Part shown: in pieces, positions 31,047 to 39,680 of the stretch
Layout of the letters: every line of letters starts with the position of its first letter
Numbering within the stretch: position 1 is the stretch's first letter
DNA from: an uncultured Bdellovibrionales bacterium
GTDB taxonomy: Bacteria > Patescibacteriota > Minisyncoccia > Moranbacterales > GWC2-37-73
Length of the DNA: 64,000 bases
Assembly (NCBI GenBank): GCA_964609855.1
Contig: CAZSTB010000001.1
Span: 27,854-91,853 of the forward strand
Direction of reading: 5' to 3'
The notes under the pieces: model-generated
What the model saw: the letters and a program-made list of their open reading frames with translations, nothing else
Database searches by the model: none
What the model was told of the DNA's origin: nothing
Translations under genes and position numbers: made by a program

Positions 31047-31934
31047 ATGGCAACACTATATACACAAGCTGACAAAAATAGACGCCTGACCTGGGTTTAT
31101 ATTGCGGGTTTTTTGATTTTCGTTATTGGTATTGGATATTTTTTCTCTCAAATCATGGGCAATCGAGTCATTTTATATGGTGCTGTGCTTTTTTCAACGA
31201 TTATGAGCTTCGGTTCATATTGGTGGAGTGATAAGATTGTTCTGAAGATGAGTGATGCGAGTGAGGTGACTCGCGAAAATGCTAAGGAGTTATACCAGCT
31301 TGTGGAAAACCTGTGCATAACTGCTGGATTACCCTTACCTAAGATCTATATCATCCAAGATAGCGCACCAAACGCTTTTGCAACTGGTCGCGATCCGGAG
31401 CATGGCGTCATTTGTGTAACAACTGGAATTTTAGAAAAATTGGAAAAAATAGAACTTGAGGGTGTTTTAGCTCATGAGCTTTCACATATTGGTAACAGGG
31501 ATATTCTGCTTTCAACGGTGGTGGTTATCTTAGTGGGATTCATTGCCTTATTGGCTGATTGGTTTCAGCACTGGGCATTCTGGGGAAGATCCGATGATGA
31601 CGGAGACAACTCAAATCCATTGTTTATCGTTTTGGGTATCGTGTTGTCTTTGCTAGCACCACTGGCTGCAATGTTGATCCAGTTGGCAATTTCAAGAAAG
31701 CGTGAATATCTTGCAGATGCTTCCGCTGCATTGCTTACAAGGCATCCAGAAGGCCTTGCCAGCGCACTTGAAAAGATATCAGGAGACCAAGAGCCACTTG
31801 AAGTTGCAAATCGCGCCACCGCGCATTTGTATATAGCTAACCCTTTTAAGGGAAAGAATATTGCTAAACTTTTTTCAACTCATCCACCGATTGAGGAGCG
31901 TGTTGCAAGATTAAGGGGAGTAGATACAAACTAG
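31047..31934 (+). CDS. htpX: M48 zinc metalloprotease HtpX
   Basis: PNAFATG, AHELSH, SRKREYLAD, STHPP. Confidence 0.93.
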   Translation: MATLYTQADKNRRLTWVYIAGFLIFVIGIGYFFSQIMGNRVILYGAVLFSTIMSFGSYWWSDKIVLKMSDASEVTRENAKELYQLVENLCITAGLPLPKIYIIQDSAPNAFATGRDPEHGVICVTTGILEKLEKIELEGVLAHELSHIGNRDILLSTVVVILVGFIALLADWFQHWAFWGRSDDDGDNSNPLFIVLGIVLSLLAPLAAMLIQLAISRKREYLADASAALLTRHPEGLASALEKISGDQEPLEVANRATAHLYIANPFKGKNIAKLFSTHPPIEERVARLRGVDTN

Positions 31935-32086
31935 CTTTTAGCTTCGTTAGCTTTTAGCTTTTCAGGAAAATCCATTGCATAAAAGCCAACGACCATAGTC
32001 AATGGCTTTATGTTTGGATATTTAGAAGTTTGAAGTTAAAATAGCCTAAGAAGCTAAAAGCTAATGCCTAAAAAGCTGTTAATGCT

Positions 32087-32665
32087 ATGCAATGGAAAAC
32101 ACCAAAAAATACCGACAAATATCAATGGACTGCGCATGTGAGTGAAAAGATGCATTATTATGGACTCAGTGAACAGAAAGTTTTGGGCGTAATCCGCAAT
32201 CCCCAAAGAATTGAAACAGGTATTGTGGAAAATACGGTGGCGGTGATGATTCCTGTTGGTAACACTCAAAAAATATTGAAACCTAGATGGGGCAGACCCG
32301 CGCCAGTCTTCGCTTCCGCTAAAGCTTCAACGAAACAACTTTCTTCTGAAAGGGAAAGCTCCTCTTCCTCTAAAGCTCCGGCGGACACATGGAATCAGGA
32401 AATATGGGTAATGTATCAGCTTCGAGGGAAAGGACCGTTTGCAGCTAAAAATGACATGATTTCAGCAAAAGATGAAGAAGCAATGCAAAAGCTGGAAGCT
32501 CAATATACTAAGTTTGGTACGAGCGAGCAAGCTAAAAAGCTAATGAAGCTAATGCCTAAGAAACTAATCATCATTTCTGCTTGGCGATATCCAGGCGTAA
32601 GTCCTAAAAATAATCCTATTCCTGAAGAAATTTTGAGAGAAATTGAAGAAACAATTCATATTTAA
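32087..32665 (+). CDS. Hypothetical protein carrying in-frame repeat insertions
   Basis: WTAH..KM..Y, EIWVMYQ and ISAWRYPG core segments interrupted by low-complexity, repeat-derived segments. Confidence 0.7.
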   Translation: MQWKTPKNTDKYQWTAHVSEKMHYYGLSEQKVLGVIRNPQRIETGIVENTVAVMIPVGNTQKILKPRWGRPAPVFASAKASTKQLSSERESSSSSKAPADTWNQEIWVMYQLRGKGPFAAKNDMISAKDEEAMQKLEAQYTKFGTSEQAKKLMKLMPKKLIIISAWRYPGVSPKNNPIPEEILREIEETIHI

Positions 32666-32817
32666 TTCAACATCGCGATGCGATATTTTTTTATAATACT
32701 CAAGGTGAGCCTCTACGGCTCACCTTTGTTTTTCTTGCAATTTTTTAACATGTCTATAACTAACATTTATGATATAATTAAAATAAATAAAACTTAGCAT
32801 TAAAATAAAAAGTTCTT

Positions 32818-33405
32818 ATGGAGAAAAAACAAATTATCTTGATAATTATTATTGGTGTCGTCTTATTGCTAGGAGTATCTGCGGCAACTTATTTTTATTT
32901 TGATGTGCATGAAGCTTCACTATCAAATGCAATAAACAATGGAAGCGGTGGCGATGTTGCAATGGAAAAACCATTGTACAATGGAAAGGTTGAATCAACC
33001 CCAGCAGGTGATTCTTATAGTGACGAGCGCGGAACTTGGCAGCGATCAGGGGCGGGTACGACATTTGAGAGTGGTGGGGATGGAAATGTGAAAAAATGGA
33101 GTGTTAATAGTGGAACCAGATCGATCGATGGTATTGACGGAGAGTGGGAAATGACGGATTCCGTCGTTTCCTATGATGGTCCGTATGGATCCTATAGTGA
33201 TACTGGCTCTACAGTTTCTTTTGATTCAGGAAATATTCATCTCGAATCAACAGGAAGTGTTACTTCTGTGGAAAATTCAAGTGGAAGCAGTACTGAAACA
33301 GATTCTGTAAAATCTTCAACAGGAATCAAGGGCTCTTTTACGCAAACAGACTCAATAAAATCTTACAGCAATAGTGAAGATGATTGGGCAGACATTGATG
33401 AATAA
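32818..33405 (+). CDS. Membrane-anchored Ser/Thr/Gly-rich protein
   Basis: N-terminal TM, repetitive beta-hairpin-like body. Confidence 0.65.
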   Translation: MEKKQIILIIIIGVVLLLGVSAATYFYFDVHEASLSNAINNGSGGDVAMEKPLYNGKVESTPAGDSYSDERGTWQRSGAGTTFESGGDGNVKKWSVNSGTRSIDGIDGEWEMTDSVVSYDGPYGSYSDTGSTVSFDSGNIHLESTGSVTSVENSSGSSTETDSVKSSTGIKGSFTQTDSIKSYSNSEDDWADIDE

Positions 33406-33445
33406 GATTCAATAATCTAACTATTCAAAATTACTTCAATAATCT

Positions 33446-34555
33446 ATGAAAAAAGCAATTTTTATAAGCACAGCAATATTTGGGTCATTTGGTTTATATT
33501 TTTCGGTTGTTTTTTTATCTCCAGTAAATGTAAAAGATGACAGTCTAAGTAGCATTGTTCCTTTTGTAAGTGCGAGCGAAAATACTTGTAAAATGGAATT
33601 TGATAATCTTTTGCAGAGCGTTAAGAGAGACTTTTCCAATTGTTCCGTGAATCCATTGCAAGAAACAACCGCAAAGACACAGGAAAAACCAAAGAAAAAA
33701 AATAACATGGTTTTAATTTTCGATTCTTCTGGATCGATGGCTCCGAAAATCGGTGGAATTTCAAAACTAGATCAGGCAAAATCTGCGGCGAGGAAATTTT
33801 TGCAAGATATGGATGCAAAAGATTTGAATTTAAGTATTGTGGCATATGGACACAAGGGTTCAAATAGCACCAGGGACAAGGCTATTTCTTGTAGTGGAAT
33901 CGAAGAAGTTTATTATATGGGATCAATTAATGCTAAAGTTGCACAAGCAAAATTGGATATCTTCAAACCAACTGGTTGGACTCCGATAGCGGATTCCCTT
34001 AAGAAAGCAGAAACTATTTTGAACAAATATCCTAAAGAGCAGAATAATAATTCGATACTCCTGCTTTCTGATGGAGAAGAAACATGTGGAGGCGATCCTA
34101 TTGAAACAGCTCGGAGATTGAAAGAATCCGGACTTAATGTGCATGTAAATGTTATTGGATTTGATGTGGTTGGTATGGAAGAAAAGCAGCTTCAAGCGAT
34201 TGCGAATGCTGGAGGTGGGGAATATTTTAGTGCGAAAAAACAAGAAGATATTGAGAAAGCATTTCAAAAACACGAAGACCTCATCGCAAAATTTGATAAT
34301 GATATTTCAATGACAAAGCAAACACTTGGAGATATCACAAAAATAGGTAATACTTTTGCTAGTTGCCTTTTGAATCTGGAAGAAGAAAAAGCAAATCTTA
34401 TTTTAGATATGTATGCACAAAAGAAAATTTCTACAAAATGCCAAAATTTTGTAGAACGAGAATATCAAAAGCGATATGAAAATACATATGAACAACTCAA
34501 GAAACCTTTTCATGAAGCAATGCGAAAGGTTCAACAAAATGAAGTTATGCGCTAG
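33446..34555 (+). CDS. von Willebrand factor A domain protein
   Basis: MIDAS DSSGS, GWTPI, LLSDGEETC. Confidence 0.88.
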   Translation: MKKAIFISTAIFGSFGLYFSVVFLSPVNVKDDSLSSIVPFVSASENTCKMEFDNLLQSVKRDFSNCSVNPLQETTAKTQEKPKKKNNMVLIFDSSGSMAPKIGGISKLDQAKSAARKFLQDMDAKDLNLSIVAYGHKGSNSTRDKAISCSGIEEVYYMGSINAKVAQAKLDIFKPTGWTPIADSLKKAETILNKYPKEQNNNSILLLSDGEETCGGDPIETARRLKESGLNVHVNVIGFDVVGMEEKQLQAIANAGGGEYFSAKKQEDIEKAFQKHEDLIAKFDNDISMTKQTLGDITKIGNTFASCLLNLEEEKANLILDMYAQKKISTKCQNFVEREYQKRYENTYEQLKKPFHEAMRKVQQNEVMR

Positions 34556-34625
34556 ATGTGGATTGTTAAATATCAATAAATTTGATATAATTCCAATATA
34601 AATAAGATTATAAATTTGAAATCAG

Positions 34626-34952
34626 ATGCTAAAAAAGACGACATTATTTTTCATGGGGATAATCTGGTTTTTGATGCCAGCCTTGGCTCTGGCTGGTAAT
34701 TCTCAAGTCAAAACTGCCGGTGCGATTACAGGCGGTATATTCATTCTTTTTTTTCTGATTGTTGTTGCTGTTGTTGCTACCACCATTTTTTGGATCTTGA
34801 TGCTGGTGCATGCCGCTACCAAAGAAGTTGAAAACAAAGCGCTATGGCTCATTATCATAGTTTTCCTAGGCTTTATAGGAGCTATTGTGTATTATTTCGC
34901 CATAAAGCGCCCAATGGATGAAGCCATAAATTCTACTGCGCAGGCTAAATAA
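34626..34952 (+). CDS. Small membrane protein (PLDc_N-like)
   Basis: FWILMLVH...KALW...IGAIVYYF. Confidence 0.7.
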   Translation: MLKKTTLFFMGIIWFLMPALALAGNSQVKTAGAITGGIFILFFLIVVAVVATTIFWILMLVHAATKEVENKALWLIIIVFLGFIGAIVYYFAIKRPMDEAINSTAQAK

Positions 34953-34974
34953 TTTAATTTTTAAGAATAAAAAA

Positions 34975-35346
34975 ATGAGAAAAATTATTGCTTGCTCGTT
35001 TGTATTATTGGCATCAGTTTTATTATCCGGCTGTTCGCTTCAGGATTTTGCTGATTCAAAGGTTAAAATTGATGAAAGTGGAATCGATATTCAAAGCGAT
35101 AAAGGTTCTGTGAAGATAGATGAAAAGGGAATTGATGCAGGATTAAATGGTGGACAAAAATCGAGCAGAGAAAAAGATCCAGCTTCTTCGACAAATGAAA
35201 AGTATACGGCACCAATTGATGTTTCGATGCTAGATGGCGACACAACCAAGGTCGATGCTGATGGAACGATAAATGTAAAAACGGGAAACACTGAAATCAA
35301 AACAAATCCTAATGGCTCTGTAACTATAGATGGCGTAACTTATTAA
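34975..35346 (+). CDS. Lipoprotein
   Basis: Lipobox LSGC after a signal peptide. Confidence 0.7.
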   Translation: MRKIIACSFVLLASVLLSGCSLQDFADSKVKIDESGIDIQSDKGSVKIDEKGIDAGLNGGQKSSREKDPASSTNEKYTAPIDVSMLDGDTTKVDADGTINVKTGNTEIKTNPNGSVTIDGVTY

Positions 35347-35363
35347 TAAATAAATTTAATACA

Positions 35364-35741
35364 ATGGAAGAAAATACACAAAATCAGCAAGAACAACAAA
35401 ACGTTAATGCCACTCCAGACGGTCAAAACGATGATGTTCAAAAAAACAAGCCAATCGCAATCATCGGGTATATTTTGCCGTTCTTATTTTTTGTGCCGCT
35501 CATAAGTGAAGCAAAAAACAGTAAGTTTGCAATGTTTCATGCTAATCAACAACTGATTTTACTGATAGCTGCCGTAGCGGTTAATGTGGTTGGCACGTTA
35601 ATTCCCATTTTAGGCTGGTTCATAATCCTGCCGTTTGGGACTATCTTCCTTTTTGTTATCGCAATTTTAGGCATAATTAATGCAGCCAAGGGAGAAATGA
35701 AGAAATTACCGCTAATTGGAGATTTTCAAATTTTGAAATAA
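35364..35741 (+). CDS. DUF4870-like membrane protein
   Basis: FAMFHANQ, IPILGW, GIINA..G..K.LPLIG. Confidence 0.75.
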   Translation: MEENTQNQQEQQNVNATPDGQNDDVQKNKPIAIIGYILPFLFFVPLISEAKNSKFAMFHANQQLILLIAAVAVNVVGTLIPILGWFIILPFGTIFLFVIAILGIINAAKGEMKKLPLIGDFQILK

Positions 35742-35842
35742 CTCTCCGGTAAATAGAAAACAGGCTCCTTTCTTTAGGTTGCCTGTTTTTGATTAATGTG
35801 GCAGTATTATTAGAGGATTCCTATTAAATTAACGTTAATATT

Positions 35843-37285
35843 ATGAAAAAAACAAAGATCGTAGCAACATTAGGATTAGTTTCTGATAGTCGTGAGGTGC
35901 TGAAAAAACTGATTGAAAACGGCATGAATGTGGCACGTTTGAATTTTTCTCACGGTTCTCATGAATGGCATGGCAACATCATTAAGCTTATCAGAGAGCT
36001 GTCTGCTGAAATGAATGTTACGGTTGGAATTTTGGCTGATCTTCAGGGTCCTAGAATTCGCACGGTGGTAGATCAACCTGTTCAGATGATGCCAGGGGAA
36101 AGAATTCTTGTTAGTGATGTTTTTTATGCGCCAGATTTGAATTTCCCACTCAAGGATGAAAAATTTGCTCAAGATAAAAGATTTTCACTTGATGTGGAAA
36201 AAATTATTGACGATGTGGAAATTGGAAATGAAATTCTCATCGAAGACGGACTGATGAAAGTCGTGGTAATAGAAAAGATTGACGGAGTACTCGTTACCGA
36301 GGTTATGGATGGAGGAACAGTGAAAAACCACAAGGGAGTGAACATCCCTGATGCGAAACTCAAAATCAGCCCAATTACGGAAAAGGATGAAAAAGACTTA
36401 GCTTTCGTTTTGGGAATGGACGTGGATTTTGTTGCGATGTCATTTGTGAGCAGCGGCGAAAACATTGAGGACCTAAGAGGAAAAATGAAAACTATCCTGA
36501 GACGCGAAGACAGTCTTCCTCAAATTATTGCTAAAATTGAACGCAAGGAAGCCATTAAAAATCTCGATGATATCATTGAACACACTGATGCCGTCATGGT
36601 AGCCAGAGGCGACCTAGGGATTGAAATTGAGGGAACGATGGTTGCGATTTTGCAAAAAGAAATCGTTAAAAAAAGTTTGCAAGCAATGAAACCGGTTATC
36701 GTGGCAACGCAAATGCTTGATTCTATGATTGAAAATCCGCGTCCAACCCGCGCAGAAGTGAGCGACGTAACCAATGCAGTTGTTGATCATGCCGATGCAG
36801 TCATGCTTTCAGGAGAATCCGCAAGCGGAAAATATCCGGTTGAAAGTGTTCGCACAATGCGCGAAATTATTGAAAACACTGAAAAATCATCCTTTGACGA
36901 TGTAACTCATTTGTTGGAATTGAATGGAGATGACGATTTTAAAAAACTCGTGAAGAGCGCTTTTGATTTAGCGAAGACAAGCAGTGCTAAAGCAATCGTG
37001 CTGGCAAGTTCTTCCGGTTTCACAGCAAGACTGATGTCGCATTTCCGCAGCGAAAAACCGCTGTTTGTAGTTACGAACAATAAAAAAACATTCAACCAAT
37101 TAGCTTTGGTTTGGGGAGCGCAAGGTTTTTATACTGAAGAAAAAGAATTATTCAGCGCAATTGAAAAAATGATTGAACATAGAAAAGAAAGTAGCGAGCT
37201 GCAAACCGGTGATACGGTAATTATGGTTCTTGGTAGTATTCCCGCAGGACCTAGGATGCAGATGGTTGGCGTTAAGATGGTTTAG
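35843..37285 (+). CDS. pyk: Pyruvate kinase
   Basis: KTKIVATLG, RLNFSHG, MVARGDLG, ATQMLDSM, PTRAEVSD, MLSGESA. Confidence 0.97.
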   Translation: MKKTKIVATLGLVSDSREVLKKLIENGMNVARLNFSHGSHEWHGNIIKLIRELSAEMNVTVGILADLQGPRIRTVVDQPVQMMPGERILVSDVFYAPDLNFPLKDEKFAQDKRFSLDVEKIIDDVEIGNEILIEDGLMKVVVIEKIDGVLVTEVMDGGTVKNHKGVNIPDAKLKISPITEKDEKDLAFVLGMDVDFVAMSFVSSGENIEDLRGKMKTILRREDSLPQIIAKIERKEAIKNLDDIIEHTDAVMVARGDLGIEIEGTMVAILQKEIVKKSLQAMKPVIVATQMLDSMIENPRPTRAEVSDVTNAVVDHADAVMLSGESASGKYPVESVRTMREIIENTEKSSFDDVTHLLELNGDDDFKKLVKSAFDLAKTSSAKAIVLASSSGFTARLMSHFRSEKPLFVVTNNKKTFNQLALVWGAQGFYTEEKELFSAIEKMIEHRKESSELQTGDTVIMVLGSIPAGPRMQMVGVKMV

Positions 37286-37317
37286 AAATTACAATTGCAT
37301 GGCCTTTGGCCATGTTT

Positions 37318-37404
37318 GGAGAGGTCGCATAGTGGTCGAGTGCACCACCTTGGAAAGGTGGCATACTGTCAAAGGTATCGGAGGTTCGAATCCTCTCCTC
37401 TCCG
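37318..37404 (+). tRNA. tRNA-Ser(GGA)
   Basis: Acceptor GGAGAGG/CCTCTCC, anticodon arm CCACC-ttGGAaa-GGTGG, long variable arm, GGTTCGAATCC; CCA not fully encoded. Confidence 0.95.
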
Positions 37405-37510
37405 CCTTCGCCTCGCTATAGCTCGGCTTCGGCGTGACGCAGTCCGCCTAAGACGAGCGAAAGCGGGATTCACTACGCTGAAGCATGACTACGGCGTAAC
37501 AAAGTCTGCC
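37405..37510. repeat. GC-rich REP-like palindromic cluster between tRNA-Ser and the GIY-YIG gene
   Basis: ccttcgcc..ggcttcggcgtgacgcagtccgcc and ctacgctgaagcatgactacggcgtaacaaagtctgcc, two related units. Confidence 0.6.
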
Positions 37511-37538
37511 AGTGGTTATGTGAAAGCTAAATTTAATT

Positions 37539-37778
37539 ATGTATTACGTCTATAGTTTGAAGTGCAAAGATGGTTTTTATATTGGATGCACGGACAATCT
37601 TAAAGAAAGATTTGAAAGACATCAAAAAGGATATGTTACGGCGACGAAGAATCGTTTGCCTATCAATTTGAATTTTTATTTTGCAATAGATGATAAATAT
37701 AAGGCATTTGAGTTTGAGAAATATTTAAAATCAGGATCGGGCAGAGCCTTCACTCTAAAACATTTTTATTTAAAATGA
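37539..37778 (+). CDS. Small GIY-YIG nuclease family protein
   Basis: YYVYSL...FYIGCT.NL.ER..RH, FEKYLKSGSGR. Confidence 0.9.
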   Translation: MYYVYSLKCKDGFYIGCTDNLKERFERHQKGYVTATKNRLPINLNFYFAIDDKYKAFEFEKYLKSGSGRAFTLKHFYLK

Positions 37779-38140
37779 ATTACGTATTAAATGTAATTGA
37801 ATATATTTTTCTGGAACATTTAGATGCAACATCTTTTGTTTTAAGCATTCTTTCTATTCTTATTGGATACTGGTTCTGGAAAAATCCTTTATCGACTGAA
37901 ATAATTAAAAAAAGATGCTTTACGGATAAGAATGGTGATATTAGATTTATATCAGGTATTAATCACAAGGGCTGGATTGTTAAAAGATTTGATACGGAAT
38001 TGTCCAATAAACTTGATGATGCAAATATTAAAACGGGTCCAATTGAAGAGTATGCCAGTAGGAAAAACAATAAGAAAGTCAAAAGTCCGCCATCAACATT
38101 TGAGGAATTAGAAAAATTAAACTACAGTGAAGACTTATGA
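37775..38140 (+). CDS. Hypothetical membrane-anchored protein
   Basis: One TM; start overlaps the GIY-YIG stop (ATGA). Confidence 0.55.
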   Translation: MNYVLNVIEYIFLEHLDATSFVLSILSILIGYWFWKNPLSTEIIKKRCFTDKNGDIRFISGINHKGWIVKRFDTELSNKLDDANIKTGPIEEYASRKNNKKVKSPPSTFEELEKLNYSEDL

Positions 38141-38814
38141 AAACAGTTTTAATTACCGGAGCTAGTCGTGGAATTGGAAAGGCAACTGCGGAAAAATTTT
38201 TGACAGAAGGTTGGAAAGTAATTGGAACCTCAACAAGTGGAAAGGCAGATTTTCAACATGAGAATTTGCAGATTTTGAAACTAGACTTAGGCAAGGAGGA
38301 GAGTATTAAAAATGTTGCAGATGAAATAATTTCCAAAGGAGAAAAAATTGATGTTCTTGTTAATAATGCAGGCGTTTCTCTGGATCCTTTTGATGTTGGC
38401 GTGAACTTGGAAAAGGTTCGCAAAACATTTGAAGTCAATCTTTTCGGGCTCATCGATTTCACGGAAAAACTTTTGTCTGTAATCAAAGAAAATGGACACG
38501 TAATAAATATGGATTCCCGTTACGGTTCATTTGCTATGCCGATCGACGATGACACATCAATTGGTTATCGCATGAGTAAGGCTGCCTTGAATATGTACAC
38601 ACGCTTTCTGGCTTTTCGTCTTAAAGCAAGAAGTATTTGTGTTTCCTCTCTTCATCCCGGTTGGACAAATACTGATATGGGTAATGATGCCGCTACTGAA
38701 ACAGAGAGGCCAGACACTGAACCAGAAGAAGCTGCTGGCGACATCTTTAAGCTTGCAACTAGCAATGTTGAAACAGGACAGTTTTGGTTTAAGGGAGAAA
38801 AAATGGATTGGTAG
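38137..38814 (+). CDS. Short-chain dehydrogenase/reductase
   Basis: TGASRGIG, NNAG, YRMSK, HPGW.NTDM. Confidence 0.93.
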   Translation: MKTVLITGASRGIGKATAEKFLTEGWKVIGTSTSGKADFQHENLQILKLDLGKEESIKNVADEIISKGEKIDVLVNNAGVSLDPFDVGVNLEKVRKTFEVNLFGLIDFTEKLLSVIKENGHVINMDSRYGSFAMPIDDDTSIGYRMSKAALNMYTRFLAFRLKARSICVSSLHPGWTNTDMGNDAATETERPDTEPEEAAGDIFKLATSNVETGQFWFKGEKMDW

Positions 38815-39071
38815 TATTGGCATGCGCAATTCTTCTCAAGTTAGTGAAGATTGAAAGGTCGTTACTTTCCGCAATCGAGCACCTTGAATTTAGGACGGGA
38901 TACTTTATGGTTCTTGTGAATAAACAAATAAGTTGCAGAAATACATCAAATAAGAAAATCTCAATAAATATTATAACACTGGACAAAATCAAAATTTCAT
39001 GATATACTTATATTATTGAAAAAGACGGGTGAAAGCTCGTCTTTTTGCGTCTAAATAAATAAAACAAAAAC

Positions 39072-39590
39072 ATGGAAAAAATACCAACAGACTATAATTC
39101 AGAAAATCCAGCAAAAAAATACCAGGACCCGATATTTGAAAAGAGGATGAATCGGAGGGAAATCCTGAAAGGACTTGCGTACACTACGGCGGGAGCTCTT
39201 GTTGCGGCTTCAGGGTTAAGGGCGGTAAATATTTATAATGACAATAAAAAGGAACAAAAAAATAGTTCAGAGGCGATAGAAACTGAAATCAGAAAGCAAA
39301 TCGATGAGCTTAATGGCGATGTTAAATTTCTTGAAGATAATATGGATTCTCAATACTATATTGATCGATATGAACCCGGCGAGGGAGCCGTGCAGGGCGC
39401 GTTGATTATTGAAGATGATGCGGACAGTTTGCGGAAAAGAATTACCGAATATCGCGAAAAGGTAAACTTTTTTACTGAAAAAAGTAATCAAAAGGATTTT
39501 GCTGCAATAATGCCGGATGAGCTTTCAAAAATGAGCATCGATATTTTTCGTGACAGACATAAATTAATGACTTGGATGAAAAGAAAATAA
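39072..39590 (+). CDS. Hypothetical membrane-anchored protein
   Basis: NRREILKG twin-Arg-like motif before a hydrophobic segment; own promoter. Confidence 0.6.
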   Translation: MEKIPTDYNSENPAKKYQDPIFEKRMNRREILKGLAYTTAGALVAASGLRAVNIYNDNKKEQKNSSEAIETEIRKQIDELNGDVKFLEDNMDSQYYIDRYEPGEGAVQGALIIEDDADSLRKRITEYREKVNFFTEKSNQKDFAAIMPDELSKMSIDIFRDRHKLMTWMKRK

Positions 39591-39680
39591 GGATTTTTGG
39601 ATTTTTAAAACATTTCCTTTCTGACGGGGCCATTTGGCCTCGTCTTTGCTTTTTTGCGCAATTTTGTATAGCATGTAGAT

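Noticed and set aside
37295-37555. 86-aa ORF
   Set aside because: Overlaps tRNA-Ser and the palindromic repeats
39072-39230. Functional Tat signal
   Set aside because: The RR motif is ~27 residues in and no Tat machinery is visible in the window; cannot be supported
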